DNA of 64,000 nt from Patescibacteria group bacterium. Lineage in GTDB: Bacteria > Patescibacteriota > Minisyncoccia > Phycocordibacterales > SBAW01. The first letter of the stretch is position 1. Every line of letters starts with the position of its first letter. The DNA is taken from NCBI GenBank assembly GCA_040389385.1, contig JAZKAA010000003.1, positions 39,295 through 103,294 on the forward strand, in the 5' to 3' direction. Positions 1-9,488 of this stretch are shown here, one piece after another. Below the pieces are notes generated by a model. That model ran no database searches and was not told the origin of the DNA. It saw only the letters and a list, made by a program, of their open reading frames with translations. Position numbers and translations under genes: made by a program.

Positions 1-1209
1 CTGCTGATAGTTTTCCATAATCGCGATAAGCGGTCGCTGCGAGAGCGCGGTGGCGTCGTTCATATGCACGGGCTCGATGCTGCCGTCTGCGCGCTTAAGC
101 CGCGTGTTGAGCCTGCGTGCTTGGAAGCCGCCGATGTAGTCGCTCGTGTGTGTCTCGCGGTACGTGTCTTGGCCCGGCATCCATGTCTCAATGTCGATTT
201 GCCGCTGGTCAGGGAAGCCCATATCCCCTGTGCAGATAGCCATAACCTGATACGGCAATTTGAGCTGTTGCATTAAGTACTCCTGTATCGCCACCATCAG
301 CTCCTGCTCGGCCAGGCCGTCTTCGGGTTTGGTAAAGCTCTCCATCTCCAATTTATTAAACTGGTGCAGGCGCAAAATCCCGCGCGTGTCTTTGCCCGCA
401 GCGCCGGCCTCGCGTCTAAATGCCGGCGTGAGCGCCGCATAGCGTATGGGCAAGCGCCCTTCTTTAATAACCTCGTCCATGTGCAAAGGCCCAAGCGTGT
501 GCTCTGCGCTCCCGATGAGCATTGTCTCGTCCTCGGGGAAAAGATACATCTCGTCGGGTGTCAGATATCGCGCCATACGTATCTGTACCTGCTTTTTTAT
601 TATCAGGGGCGGCGCAACAGGCACAAAGGGTTTGTCGGAGGCTGTAAGACCAAACTGCGCAATAATTTTTTGCAGAGTTTCGCGCGAGGTGATGGTATCA
701 AAAGCAAAGCGCATCATGGCCGCCTCGAGCATCACTAGGTCGCCCTTTAAATACGTAAACCGCGCGCCCGATACCTCGGCCGCCTTTTCGTTATCAATAA
801 CACCCAGATCTTTGCCGATGTCCCAGTGTGCCTTGGGCGTAAATGCAAACTGCGGTTTGTCGCCCCACTGGCGTATAACCTTGTTGCCACTCTCGTCGGG
901 CCCTACCGGCGTGTCGGCCGACGGGATATTGGGGATTTTTATCAGCAACCCGACCAACTCTTTTTCTGTCTCTTTATATTTATCTTCCGCCCGCTGCAGC
1001 TCGTCTTTGAGCCGCTTGCCCGCCTCGGCGTCGCGCGCGGCCTGCGCCTCGTTGCGCTTGCGGTTGATATCGCTTACATCGCCGGCTATCTTTTTGCGCT
1101 CGTCGGCCAGCACCAACACACGGTCAAGGTCGACACCCTCGCGGTTTTTGTTTTTGAGCGCGGCGCGCACTATGTCCGGATTCTCCCGTATAAACTGAAT
1201 GTCGAGCAT
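1..1209 (-). CDS. serS: Seryl-tRNA synthetase (3' end runs off the window)
   Basis: Minus-strand reading from the ATG at 1209 gives MLDIQFIRENPDIVRAALKNKNR, the typical SerRS N-terminus. Absent from the ORF track because there is no stop inside the window. Confidence 0.93.
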   Translation of the reverse strand, partial: MLDIQFIRENPDIVRAALKNKNREGVDLDRVLVLADERKKIAGDVSDINRKRNEAQAARDAEAGKRLKDELQRAEDKYKETEKELVGLLIKIPNIPSADTPVGPDESGNKVIRQWGDKPQFAFTPKAHWDIGKDLGVIDNEKAAEVSGARFTYLKGDLVMLEAAMMRFAFDTITSRETLQKIIAQFGLTASDKPFVPVAPPLIIKKQVQIRMARYLTPDEMYLFPEDETMLIGSAEHTLGPLHMDEVIKEGRLPIRYAALTPAFRREAGAAGKDTRGILRLHQFNKLEMESFTKPEDGLAEQELMVAIQEYLMQQLKLPYQVMAICTGDMGFPDQRQIDIETWMPGQDTYRETHTSDYIGGFQARRLNTRLKRADGSIEPVHMNDATALSQRPLIAIMENYQQ

Positions 1210-1250
1210 AAAAGTGAGTGTAAAATAATCTTATCATGGCCGCTTTCCCC

Positions 1251-2099
1251 ATGCGACAGCTTAAAACCAGCGAGTGGCCGGTGCTCTTAAAAGAGATACC
1301 TGACAAGCCCTCTACTTTATATATCCGCGGCACCATGCCGCCTAAAGACTACGCGCTCTTGTGCGTTGTCGGCAGCCGCGCGTGCTCGCCGTATGCGCGC
1401 CGCATGACCCAAAAAATAATCGCGGGGCTCGCACAATACCCGGTAGCTATAGTCTCCGGCATGGCGCTCGGCCTGGATAGCGAGGCGCACAAAGCCGCGC
1501 TTGATGTCGGCCTGCCCACCATAGCGGTGCTGCCATCATCGGCCGACGAGGAGAGTATCTACCCCTCGACCAACCGGCCGCTTGCTCAGCGTATACTTGC
1601 GCGCGGGAGCGCACTCATAAGCGAGTCGGGCAAACCGCACAAGGCCGCTATATATGACTTCCCCAAGCGCAACCGCATTAGCGCAGGCATGTGCACGGCG
1701 ACACTTATAGTAGAGGCGGGCGAAAAGTCGGGCACGCTTATCACCGCGCGCCTGGCACTCGACTACAACCGCGAGGTGCTTGCTATCCCCCACGAAATCG
1801 GCCGCGAGACAGGCGCCGGCGTCAACCGCTTGATACGCGAGGGTGCAACCTTGGTGCGTGACGCAAGCGACGTGCTGCAGGCGCTCGGGCTAAAAGAGAC
1901 CGAGCCTACGCAGCAAGCGCTGCCGACTGACCTCTCCGAGACAGAAGCGCGGGTACTCCACACTCTCACCGAAGCGCTCGTGCGCGACGAACTTATTGAG
2001 CTTGCCGAGCTTAGCGCGCAAGATGCCGGTGTCGCATTGTCGTCGCTATTAATCCGCGGATTGATAACCGAACGGCTTGGCAAAATTGAAAGGGTGTAG
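1251..2099 (+). CDS. dprA: DNA-processing protein DprA
   Basis: Motifs VVGSR, IVSGMALGLD, FPKRNRI, EAGEKSGTLITA; lies upstream of topA. Confidence 0.95.
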   Translation: MRQLKTSEWPVLLKEIPDKPSTLYIRGTMPPKDYALLCVVGSRACSPYARRMTQKIIAGLAQYPVAIVSGMALGLDSEAHKAALDVGLPTIAVLPSSADEESIYPSTNRPLAQRILARGSALISESGKPHKAAIYDFPKRNRISAGMCTATLIVEAGEKSGTLITARLALDYNREVLAIPHEIGRETGAGVNRLIREGATLVRDASDVLQALGLKETEPTQQALPTDLSETEARVLHTLTEALVRDELIELAELSAQDAGVALSSLLIRGLITERLGKIERV

Positions 2100-2117
2100 T
2101 ATCAAGGAGCACTACTG

Positions 2118-4346
2118 ATGAAATTGGTAATTGTAGAAAGTCCTGCGAAAGCAAAGACCATAGAAAAATATTTGTCGGAGATAGACTCCGGCGGCGACTT
2201 CCGCGTACGCGCCAGCGTCGGCCATGTGCGCGACCTGCCCAAAAACAACAAAAAGGCTATCGACATTGAGGGCGGCTTTGTCCCTCACTACGAGGTGGTG
2301 GCCGGCAAGGCCGAGGTTATAGCCGACCTCAAAGCCTTGGCCAAAAAGGCCGATGAGGTAATACTCGCGACCGACCCCGACCGCGAGGGCGAGGCTATTG
2401 CCTGGCACATCCAACAGGAGCTCAAGCTCAAAAAGCCCGACCGCATCGTATTTCACGAAATCACAAAAGACGCGATAGCCGAGGCGCTTGCACACCCGCG
2501 CGCGATAGACGAGCACCTGCGCGCGGCGCAAGAGGCACGCCGCGTCTTGGACCGCCTGGTGGGGTACGATCTCTCAGGCCTGATTTGGAAAAAGGTCCGC
2601 TATGGATTGTCTGCAGGTCGCGTGCAGTCGCCGGCGCTGCGCATACTCATGGAGCGCGAGCGCGAGATACGCGCCTTTGTGCCGGAAACTTTTTTTGTAA
2701 TAACCGCACAAACAGAGACGCCCAAAAAGGCCACGCTGGCTCTAACCTGTGTTGAGGAGCCTAAGAAGAAGGGCGAGGCCGAACATATAGTAGAGGCGGT
2801 CAAAAAAGACGGTCTCACAATTGCCGACGTCGGCGAGGCAGAGGCCAAGCGCGCTGCGCGCCCACCGCTCACAACCTCGACCTTGCAGCAGGCTGCCAGC
2901 TCGCGCCTGGGCTACTCGCCCGCTAACACCATGCGCATTGCGCAAAAGTTGTACGAGCAGGGACACATAACCTACATGCGCACAGACTCGGTCAACTTGG
3001 GTGCGCCGGCGCGCGCCGCAATACTGGCTGCGGTAGAAAAAAAGTTTGGCAAAGAGTATGCCGAGTCGCGCACCTATACCGCCAAGTCTAAAAACGCGCA
3101 GGAGGCGCACGAGGCTATCCGCCCCACCAATGTGGCCAAAGAGTCGGCCGGCACCACGCCGGAGCAAAAAAAGCTGTACGAGCTTATCTGGCGCCGCGCG
3201 GTTGCGTCACAAATGGCCGATGCCAAGGTACTCAAGACAAAAATTGTCGCCAAGACCAAAGACGCCAAAGTGCCGGAGTTTGTGGCCACCGGCTCGCGCG
3301 TACTCTTCCCGGGTTGGCTGGCGTGCGACACCGCCGCGCGCGGCGAGGATGTCGAGCTACCCAAAGTTGCTGTAGGAGAGGCGCTCAAAGTTAATAGTGT
3401 TGATATTGAGGAAAAGCAGACCACGCCGCCGCCGCGCTACACCGAGGCTGGGCTGGTTAAGGAGCTAGAAAAGCGAGGCATCGGCCGCCCCAGCACCTAC
3501 GCGTCAATAATGAAGACGCTCGCCGACCGCGGCTATGTCGAGAAGGAGGGTCGCAGCCTCAAGCCCACTGACACGGGCGACGTGGTATCGAGCTTTTTAG
3601 AAGCGAACTTCCCCACCTACATATCCGACACGTTTACCGCCGAGATGGAGGATGAGTTGGACGACATCGCCACCGGCAAGCGCGAGTATGCAAAAACGCT
3701 CAAAGACTTTTATGGTCCGTTTCTTAAAGAGGTAAAGATAAAAGACAAAGAGGCCGGCAAGATTACCGACCTGGGGCCCACTCCGGCCGAGTTTACGTGC
3801 CCGCTCTGTAGCAGCACGATGGTGTACAAACTCTCGCGCCAGGGCAAGTTTATGTCGTGCAGCAAGTTCCCCGACTGCATTGGCGCACGCACAGAGTTGG
3901 GCGAAATCTTGAGCAACGAGCCCGCCAAACCAATCGGCAAGCACCCGGAGACCGGCGAGGATATTTATGTACTGGACGGCCGCTTTGGGCCGTATGTGCA
4001 GTTGGGCGAGATGCCGACCGGTAAAGGCAAAACTAAAAAGGCCAAGCCGCGCCGCTCGAGCTTGCCCAAAGACAAAAAGCCGGAAGACGTAACACTGGCC
4101 GACGCTTTGATTTATCTCTCGCTCCCACGCGAGCTTGGTGTGCACCCGGTAACTGGAGAGAAAATAATCGCCAACGTGGGGCGCTTTGGCCCGTACATTG
4201 CACATAACACCAAACCCAAACCCGACTTCCGCTCCCTAAAAACCGACAGCCCGTACGACATCACCTTTGAGCGTGCGTTGGAGATATTGAAAGAAGAAAA
4301 GAAACGTAGAGGCTTTGCACGCAAAACAAAAACCACCGACAAGTAG
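2118..4346 (+). CDS. topA: DNA topoisomerase I
   Basis: LVIVESPAKAKTI, ATDPDREGEAIAW, SAGRVQS, ITYMRTDS. Confidence 0.98.
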   Translation: MKLVIVESPAKAKTIEKYLSEIDSGGDFRVRASVGHVRDLPKNNKKAIDIEGGFVPHYEVVAGKAEVIADLKALAKKADEVILATDPDREGEAIAWHIQQELKLKKPDRIVFHEITKDAIAEALAHPRAIDEHLRAAQEARRVLDRLVGYDLSGLIWKKVRYGLSAGRVQSPALRILMEREREIRAFVPETFFVITAQTETPKKATLALTCVEEPKKKGEAEHIVEAVKKDGLTIADVGEAEAKRAARPPLTTSTLQQAASSRLGYSPANTMRIAQKLYEQGHITYMRTDSVNLGAPARAAILAAVEKKFGKEYAESRTYTAKSKNAQEAHEAIRPTNVAKESAGTTPEQKKLYELIWRRAVASQMADAKVLKTKIVAKTKDAKVPEFVATGSRVLFPGWLACDTAARGEDVELPKVAVGEALKVNSVDIEEKQTTPPPRYTEAGLVKELEKRGIGRPSTYASIMKTLADRGYVEKEGRSLKPTDTGDVVSSFLEANFPTYISDTFTAEMEDELDDIATGKREYAKTLKDFYGPFLKEVKIKDKEAGKITDLGPTPAEFTCPLCSSTMVYKLSRQGKFMSCSKFPDCIGARTELGEILSNEPAKPIGKHPETGEDIYVLDGRFGPYVQLGEMPTGKGKTKKAKPRRSSLPKDKKPEDVTLADALIYLSLPRELGVHPVTGEKIIANVGRFGPYIAHNTKPKPDFRSLKTDSPYDITFERALEILKEEKKRRGFARKTKTTDK

Positions 4347-4376
4347 TGGCTTTTGCCCTTTCTTGTTGGTGGTTGA

Positions 4377-4598
4377 TTAGTTTGACAGCCAGCGGTAGCA
4401 CAGGCGACGCTGGAAGAAAAACGCGTCCATGATGTCGATGCCGAGTTCGGCAGCGACTTGCTTTGTGTTGGCCACAAAGTGCTTCAGGGCTTCGAGCCCT
4501 GCAGCTTGGTTGACGCCATCGAGACGATAGCGTTGCATGAACTTGACGCCGATGTCTTCGAACTTTCTTTCCTGTTCAGAATCGCGGTAGTAGTTCAT
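4377..4598 (-). CDS. Small hypothetical protein (accessory cassette)
   Basis: 73-aa ORF with a GGAG SD and a consensus promoter upstream. Confidence 0.6.
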   Translation of the reverse strand: MNYYRDSEQERKFEDIGVKFMQRYRLDGVNQAAGLEALKHFVANTKQVAAELGIDIMDAFFFQRRLCYRWLSN

Positions 4599-4633
4599 TG
4601 TGGGCTCCTGCCAAGGTTCAGTATTTCCTCTCT

Positions 4634-4662
4634 ATTATACACCCAGACAATAGGTTTGTCAA
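4634..4662 (-). promoter_or_regulatory. Sigma70 promoter TTGACA-17-TATAAT
   Basis: Perfect consensus on the minus strand upstream of ORF 4377-4598. Confidence 0.75.
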
Positions 4663-4710
4663 GGTGTCAAATAGACCCTTATTTTAAGGCTTATTGGTTA
4701 TACTGGGCGT

Positions 4711-6210
4711 ATGCCTCTATCCGGCGCACAGGAGATTACGGCGCTTATGCGCTCGCCCAGCTCGGCTGATAAGGAGCTGGTGGAAAAGGCCTACGCCTTT
4801 GCGATGGTCGCGCACAAGGACCATAAGCGCTACAGCGGCGAGCCATACATCGGCCACCTGGTAGAGACTGCCAAAGGCTTGGCCGGGCTCGGGCTGTCGG
4901 CCAAAACAGTCGCGGCCGGTTTATTGCACGACAGTATCGAGGACGCGGGCATTTTACCCGAGACATTGGAAAAGGAGTTCGGCAAAGAGATACGATTTTT
5001 GGTGGAGGGCGTAACCAAGCTCGGACACGTTAAGTACCACGGAGCGGAGCGCCATCGCGAGAGCATGCGCAAGCTGCTGGTGGCAACCGGCAAAGATGCG
5101 CGGGTTTTGATAATCAAGCTGATGGACCGCCTGCACAATATGCGCACGCTTGTGCATGTGCCCGAGGCCAAGCGTGCGCGCATTGCGCTGGAGACACTAG
5201 AAATATACGCAGCCATTGCCCACCGCTTGGGTATGGGGCTCGTCCGCCGCGAGTTGGAGGACCTTGCGTTTGAGTATGCTTTGCCGGCAGAGTTTAAAGA
5301 AACAAAAACGCTCCTCAACACTCAAAGCCGCACGACGCTCGAGCGTCTGGAAAAGATGGTCAAAACGCTGCGCAAAGAGTTTGGAAAAAATGGCATCACC
5401 AAGTTTCGCACCGACGCGCGGGTTAAGGGCCTGTACAGCTTGTACCGCAAACTGCAGCGCAAAGAGGGCGATATAGAAAAGATTTATGACATCGCGGCGC
5501 TGCGCATTATTGTGCCAAGCGTCACCGACTGCTACCGCGTCTTAGGATTGGTCAACAATATTTGGCAGCCGCTGCCGGGCAAGATTAAAGACTACATTGC
5601 CTTCCCCAAGCCCAACGGGTATCAATCGCTCCACACCACCGTCTTTACCGGCGACGGCGGCATTGTCGAGGTACAAATACGCACCGAGGAAATGCACGCC
5701 GAGGCCGAGCTTGGTATCGCCGCGCACGTCGGCTACAAAGAGGGCGCGCCCAAGTCGGGCAGCTTTGACTGGATAAAAAGTCTGGTGCCCGGCTTTAAGA
5801 GGGAGAAGGCCGCCGAGGACGCCGCGCACAAGCGCTACAGCGCGATAGGTGCGCCCGACTGGCTAGCCGACATAGGCGACGACGCACAAGAGCCCGATAT
5901 CGAGACGGCGCTTAAGACCGACCTCTTTAGCCGCCGGGTGTTTGTCTTTACCCCCACGGGCGATGTCGTCGACCTCCCCGCCGACTCGTCCCCTATCGAC
6001 TTTGCGTACGCGATACACTCCGACATCGGCGACCACGCGTTTGGTGCCAAGGTCAACGGCAAGATGGTCCACCTGGACACACATCTCCACAACGGCGACA
6101 TTGTCGAGATACAAACGCGAAAGACTGCCCACCCCTCAAAAAAATGGCTCGACTTTACCAAAACCACCATGGCGCGTCGCCACATCCGCAACGCGCTCGA
6201 GAAGCAGTAG
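4711..6210 (+). CDS. relA: RelA/SpoT (p)ppGpp synthetase/hydrolase (HD, synthetase and TGS domains)
   Basis: RYSGEPYIGH, LLHDS, DRLHNMRT, KDYIAFPKPNGYQSLHT, DFAYAIHSDIG. Confidence 0.95.
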   Translation: MPLSGAQEITALMRSPSSADKELVEKAYAFAMVAHKDHKRYSGEPYIGHLVETAKGLAGLGLSAKTVAAGLLHDSIEDAGILPETLEKEFGKEIRFLVEGVTKLGHVKYHGAERHRESMRKLLVATGKDARVLIIKLMDRLHNMRTLVHVPEAKRARIALETLEIYAAIAHRLGMGLVRRELEDLAFEYALPAEFKETKTLLNTQSRTTLERLEKMVKTLRKEFGKNGITKFRTDARVKGLYSLYRKLQRKEGDIEKIYDIAALRIIVPSVTDCYRVLGLVNNIWQPLPGKIKDYIAFPKPNGYQSLHTTVFTGDGGIVEVQIRTEEMHAEAELGIAAHVGYKEGAPKSGSFDWIKSLVPGFKREKAAEDAAHKRYSAIGAPDWLADIGDDAQEPDIETALKTDLFSRRVFVFTPTGDVVDLPADSSPIDFAYAIHSDIGDHAFGAKVNGKMVHLDTHLHNGDIVEIQTRKTAHPSKKWLDFTKTTMARRHIRNALEKQ

Positions 6211-6846
6211 CTACTCCGCCAGGTGCGCGTGGTCGTTCCACACCCATAGACGCCACGACTGAGCTCTTTGCTCGTCGTGTGTAAATAGAGATACGGACGT
6301 ATTGAGTGGGGTGTCTATGTTCCACGTTATACTCTGTATCTCCTGTGCTGTGGGCTTGAGATTAAAAATTACATGGGCCAGTAGAATTCGCACAAAAAAC
6401 CCGTGCGTGACAACTACTATGTGCTCTTCTTGCCGCTTGGCTAAAAAATCCAACGCCGCATTTGCGCGTGCCGTATGTTCGTCGTAACCCTCCTCATCTC
6501 CAAAGTGATACCCCGGACCATAATTAGAGCGGAGCGTTTTGTATGCGGCAACAGCTTCAGGGCTTGTTTCAGACATGCCTATAAACTGGGTCATACCCCG
6601 ACCTTCAGCAAATAATGCGTTGTACTCGGGCTGTATGCCTATTTTTTGTGTAATACATTCAGCGGTCTGCTTTGTCCGTAGAAAAGGACTGGCTATAAAT
6701 GCTTCAACCGGTAGTTTGGACACCCGATCGGCAATAATAGCCGCCTCCTTGAAACCCAGCTCAGTGAGAGGACTGTCCGGAGCTTGGTGTACTTTTTTAA
6801 CATTATCTTCCGATTGACCGTGGCGGACAAAGTAGACTGTCTTCAT
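6211..6846 (-). CDS. Histidine phosphatase family protein
   Basis: RHGQS and VVTHG motifs. Confidence 0.9.
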   Translation of the reverse strand: MKTVYFVRHGQSEDNVKKVHQAPDSPLTELGFKEAAIIADRVSKLPVEAFIASPFLRTKQTAECITQKIGIQPEYNALFAEGRGMTQFIGMSETSPEAVAAYKTLRSNYGPGYHFGDEEGYDEHTARANAALDFLAKRQEEHIVVVTHGFFVRILLAHVIFNLKPTAQEIQSITWNIDTPLNTSVSLFTHDEQRAQSWRLWVWNDHAHLAE

Positions 6847-7820
6847 AGACTAAAACTTGACGGGTCGAAGGTATTTTCGTCCCTTTCTATTTCGTCTTTG
6901 CTGCGGTCATCCAGAGGTCCCGCAAAAGTTTCCGACGGAGGAGTTGGGGTCGTGTCTATCTCTCCGGAGGCGGAAAGCTTTTGCGGGACCTCTGCCCTAT
7001 TTGAGAGCTGCGCCAGTATCGACTTCAAATCCTCCTCGGCCATGTAGTCAATCACCAGCTTGCCTCCCTTTTCTTTTGGCTCGATGACGACGCGTGTACC
7101 AAGCACACTGGAGAGTTCGCGCTCCATCTCAAGCACATCGGGGGAGAAAAGATATTCCTTTTTGCGCACACGGTCTTGGGCAATGCGCCGCGCCATGTTC
7201 TCCGCGTCGCGCACCGTAACGCGCCGAATCAAAATCTCTTTAAACAGCACCAGCTGCTCCTCTTTGCGGTCGGCCAACATCAACAAAGGTCGCGTGTGGC
7301 CTTCGCTTATCTTGCCGTCTTGCAGCGCCTGCTGCATCTCTACCGGCAGCGCCAACAGGCGTATCGAGTTGCTGACATACTCCCTGCTCTTGCCCACTTT
7401 CTCAGCAATCTCGGTGTGTTTGAAATTAAATTGCTTGGCCAACTGGTCAAACGCCTTGGCGCGGTCTATCGGGTTGAGGTCCTCGCGCTGCAGGTTTTCT
7501 ATAATAGCGAGCTCCAGCTTGGTCTTGTCGTCGTCAAAAGCGGCACGGATAAGCACCGGCACCTCGCGTACGCCCGCCAACTTGGCCGCGCGCAGGCGGC
7601 GCTCGCCGGCAATCAGCTCGTACTCGGCGGCGATGCCGCCATCGGGCTTTTCTACCTCTTTGCGGCTGACGGTAAGCGGCTGGATAACGCCGTACTGTCG
7701 TATCGAGCGCGCAAGGTCGGCCAGCTTGGCCTCGTCAAACTCCCTGCGAGGTTGAAAGGGGTTAGGCGTGATTTTATCCACCTCGACCCAAAAAATCGCG
7801 TTATTGTAAAACTGCGACAT
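6843..7820 (-). CDS. parB: ParB/Spo0J chromosome partition protein
   Basis: PNPFQPRR, IAGERRLRAA, IIENLQREDLNPI, HTH. Confidence 0.95.
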   Translation of the reverse strand: MSQFYNNAIFWVEVDKITPNPFQPRREFDEAKLADLARSIRQYGVIQPLTVSRKEVEKPDGGIAAEYELIAGERRLRAAKLAGVREVPVLIRAAFDDDKTKLELAIIENLQREDLNPIDRAKAFDQLAKQFNFKHTEIAEKVGKSREYVSNSIRLLALPVEMQQALQDGKISEGHTRPLLMLADRKEEQLVLFKEILIRRVTVRDAENMARRIAQDRVRKKEYLFSPDVLEMERELSSVLGTRVVIEPKEKGGKLVIDYMAEEDLKSILAQLSNRAEVPQKLSASGEIDTTPTPPSETFAGPLDDRSKDEIERDENTFDPSSFSL

Positions 7821-7847
7821 ACGGGATATTCTAACACAGCACACAAT

Positions 7848-7931
7848 GCCGGGATGGCGGAATTGGTAGACGCACAGGACTCAAAATCCTGCGGGGGCAA
7901 CCCCGTGAGAGTTCGATTCTCTCTCCCGGCA
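7848..7931 (+). tRNA. tRNA-Leu(CAA)
   Basis: Cloverleaf, anticodon loop CT-CAA-AA, long variable arm, GTTCGA T-loop. Confidence 0.95.
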
Positions 7932-7961
7932 CAAAGAAAAAAGCCGCACCGAGTGGTGCGA

Positions 7962-8699
7962 CTAGAGCCCGAGACTGCTCGTGCATTGAAACGCCGCGGC
8001 CCTCATTTGCTCAAGGCTCGCCAGCTGATTCTTGCCATAGATGGCGCTGCCGACAATGGCGTGGAAACGTGGCCCCGCCGCCTTGCCACACTTAGTGATG
8101 TCTCCACCCTGCGAGATGAAGCCGGGTGCATAGGCGTCATAGTTGCCATGGCCGAGACCATGCTCGAGCCATTGGCAAATCTTTTGCACCCATTCGAGCT
8201 TGGTGCCCGGCATGACAAAGTCGGTCACTTCTTGCTCTATGGCCGACTTGTAGATCCGCTCCGGCGTGTCGTTGTCGATGTAACCGCCCTCGCTCACCAG
8301 AAACCTGTCGTGCGTCATCATGCCGCCGACCAGCACGTGCAGACCCTCGCCTTTGCAGGCCTTGGTCCACTCGCGTTGCACATCAGGGCCGGTAAAGGGA
8401 AACAAAATCACCGCGTCGACGCCGAAGATCTTGAGCTGACTTGCCAACTTGGCTCCCATGTCGGGGATATCGTTGCCGGCCTTCTGATGGTCGTAGATGA
8501 CGACTGTATGGCCGGCACTGTGGCGTATGCTCTGGACGACTCCTTCGAGACCCTTGAGCCCAAGCTGGAATCCCACCTTGTAACTGCTGACTCCGGTATT
8601 GGTAAGGCCCACCGACGCCAACAGCTTTGCTGCAGCAATGGTGGGGACGTCCGCAGCAATCATTATGCTCCGGTCAGCAGCGATCAAACGCTTTGTCAT
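7962..8699 (-). CDS. pyrF: Orotidine-5'-phosphate decarboxylase
   Basis: IAADV, YKVG, IYDHQKAGNDIPD (DxKxxDI-like), PG..QGG, IVGSAI. Confidence 0.85.
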   Translation of the reverse strand: MTKRLIAADRSIMIAADVPTIAAAKLLASVGLTNTGVSSYKVGFQLGLKGLEGVVQSIRHSAGHTVVIYDHQKAGNDIPDMGAKLASQLKIFGVDAVILFPFTGPDVQREWTKACKGEGLHVLVGGMMTHDRFLVSEGGYIDNDTPERIYKSAIEQEVTDFVMPGTKLEWVQKICQWLEHGLGHGNYDAYAPGFISQGGDITKCGKAAGPRFHAIVGSAIYGKNQLASLEQMRAAAFQCTSSLGL

Positions 8700-8817
8700 G
8701 CGTAGCCCTTTCGTAAGGACAACGAAACTTGTTGCCGAGCACACTCTACTGCGCTTTTTATTTTTATGCCACTGTGATAGTTTTGTCAGCGGAGCTTCAT
8801 CGGCAGGGAGTCGTGCC

Positions 8818-9453
8818 ATGGACGAGAAACGTGCTACAGAGTTGTTGACCCGCGCCGGAGCATTTTTGGAGGGACATTTTGTCTTTACCTCCAAAGTGCA
8901 CTGCGCAACGTACTTCAATAAAGATGCGGTGTTTGCGCACCCGCGGATTACCGACGAGTTGGCGCAAGCGTTGGCGCTCGCGTTTGACAAAGACCGCGTG
9001 GAGGTCGTTGTCGCGCCGGAAAAGGGCGCGATTGTGCTTGGGCACAGCGTTGCGGGCTGGCTGGACAAGTTTCGTACCACCAACGACCACCCACCCGTGT
9101 TGTCAGCCTATGCGGAAAAGAGCGACAACGGCTTTGTGATCAAGCGCGGATACAGCAAACTCATACTCGGCAAGCGCGTGCTTGTGGTTGAGGACCAGCT
9201 GACAACCGGCGGCTCTGCCGGCAAGGTGGTAACAACCGTTGAGCGGCTGGGCGGCATAGCGGTGGGCGTGGCTGCTCTCAACAACGGCGGCACGACCGCG
9301 GAGAAACTTGGTGTTCCCAAGCTCGTCACGCTGTTGCAGAAAGTGCAGCAAACATATCCCGAGCACGAGTGCCCCATGTGCTTCAGTGGGATCACCGTCA
9401 ACACAGAAGTTGGCCACGGCAAGGAGTTTGTCGCATCAACAGCACCGGTCTAA
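8818..9453 (+). CDS. pyrE: Orotate phosphoribosyltransferase-like PRTase
   Basis: GAFLEGHFVFTS, PRPP-binding VLVVEDQLTTGGS, C-terminal CPMC. Confidence 0.85.
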   Translation: MDEKRATELLTRAGAFLEGHFVFTSKVHCATYFNKDAVFAHPRITDELAQALALAFDKDRVEVVVAPEKGAIVLGHSVAGWLDKFRTTNDHPPVLSAYAEKSDNGFVIKRGYSKLILGKRVLVVEDQLTTGGSAGKVVTTVERLGGIAVGVAALNNGGTTAEKLGVPKLVTLLQKVQQTYPEHECPMCFSGITVNTEVGHGKEFVASTAPV

Positions 9454-9470
9454 CTGGCCGGTGTTTTTTA
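9443..9470 (+). terminator. Intrinsic terminator overlapping the pyrE stop
   Basis: CACCGGTC-taactg-GCCGGTG hairpin followed by a T-run. Confidence 0.7.
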
Positions 9471-9488
9471 TTGTGCTAGAGTGCCATC

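Noticed and set aside
650-682. Imperfect hairpin AAACTGCGCAA..TTGCAGAGTTT in serS
   Set aside because: Weak pairing and no match to the 28-bp consensus; it may simply encode a lineage-specific SerRS segment
64-1336. Several plus-strand ORFs in the track (for example 446-1198)
   Set aside because: Antisense shadows of serS, which the track misses because it runs off the window
7176-8705. 509-aa plus-strand ORF
   Set aside because: Antisense to parB and pyrF and runs through a tRNA; no recognisable motifs
8599-9083. Apparent long overlap of the pyrF and pyrE ORFs
   Set aside because: Artefact of upstream alternative starts; SD-supported starts at 8699 and 8818 remove the overlap
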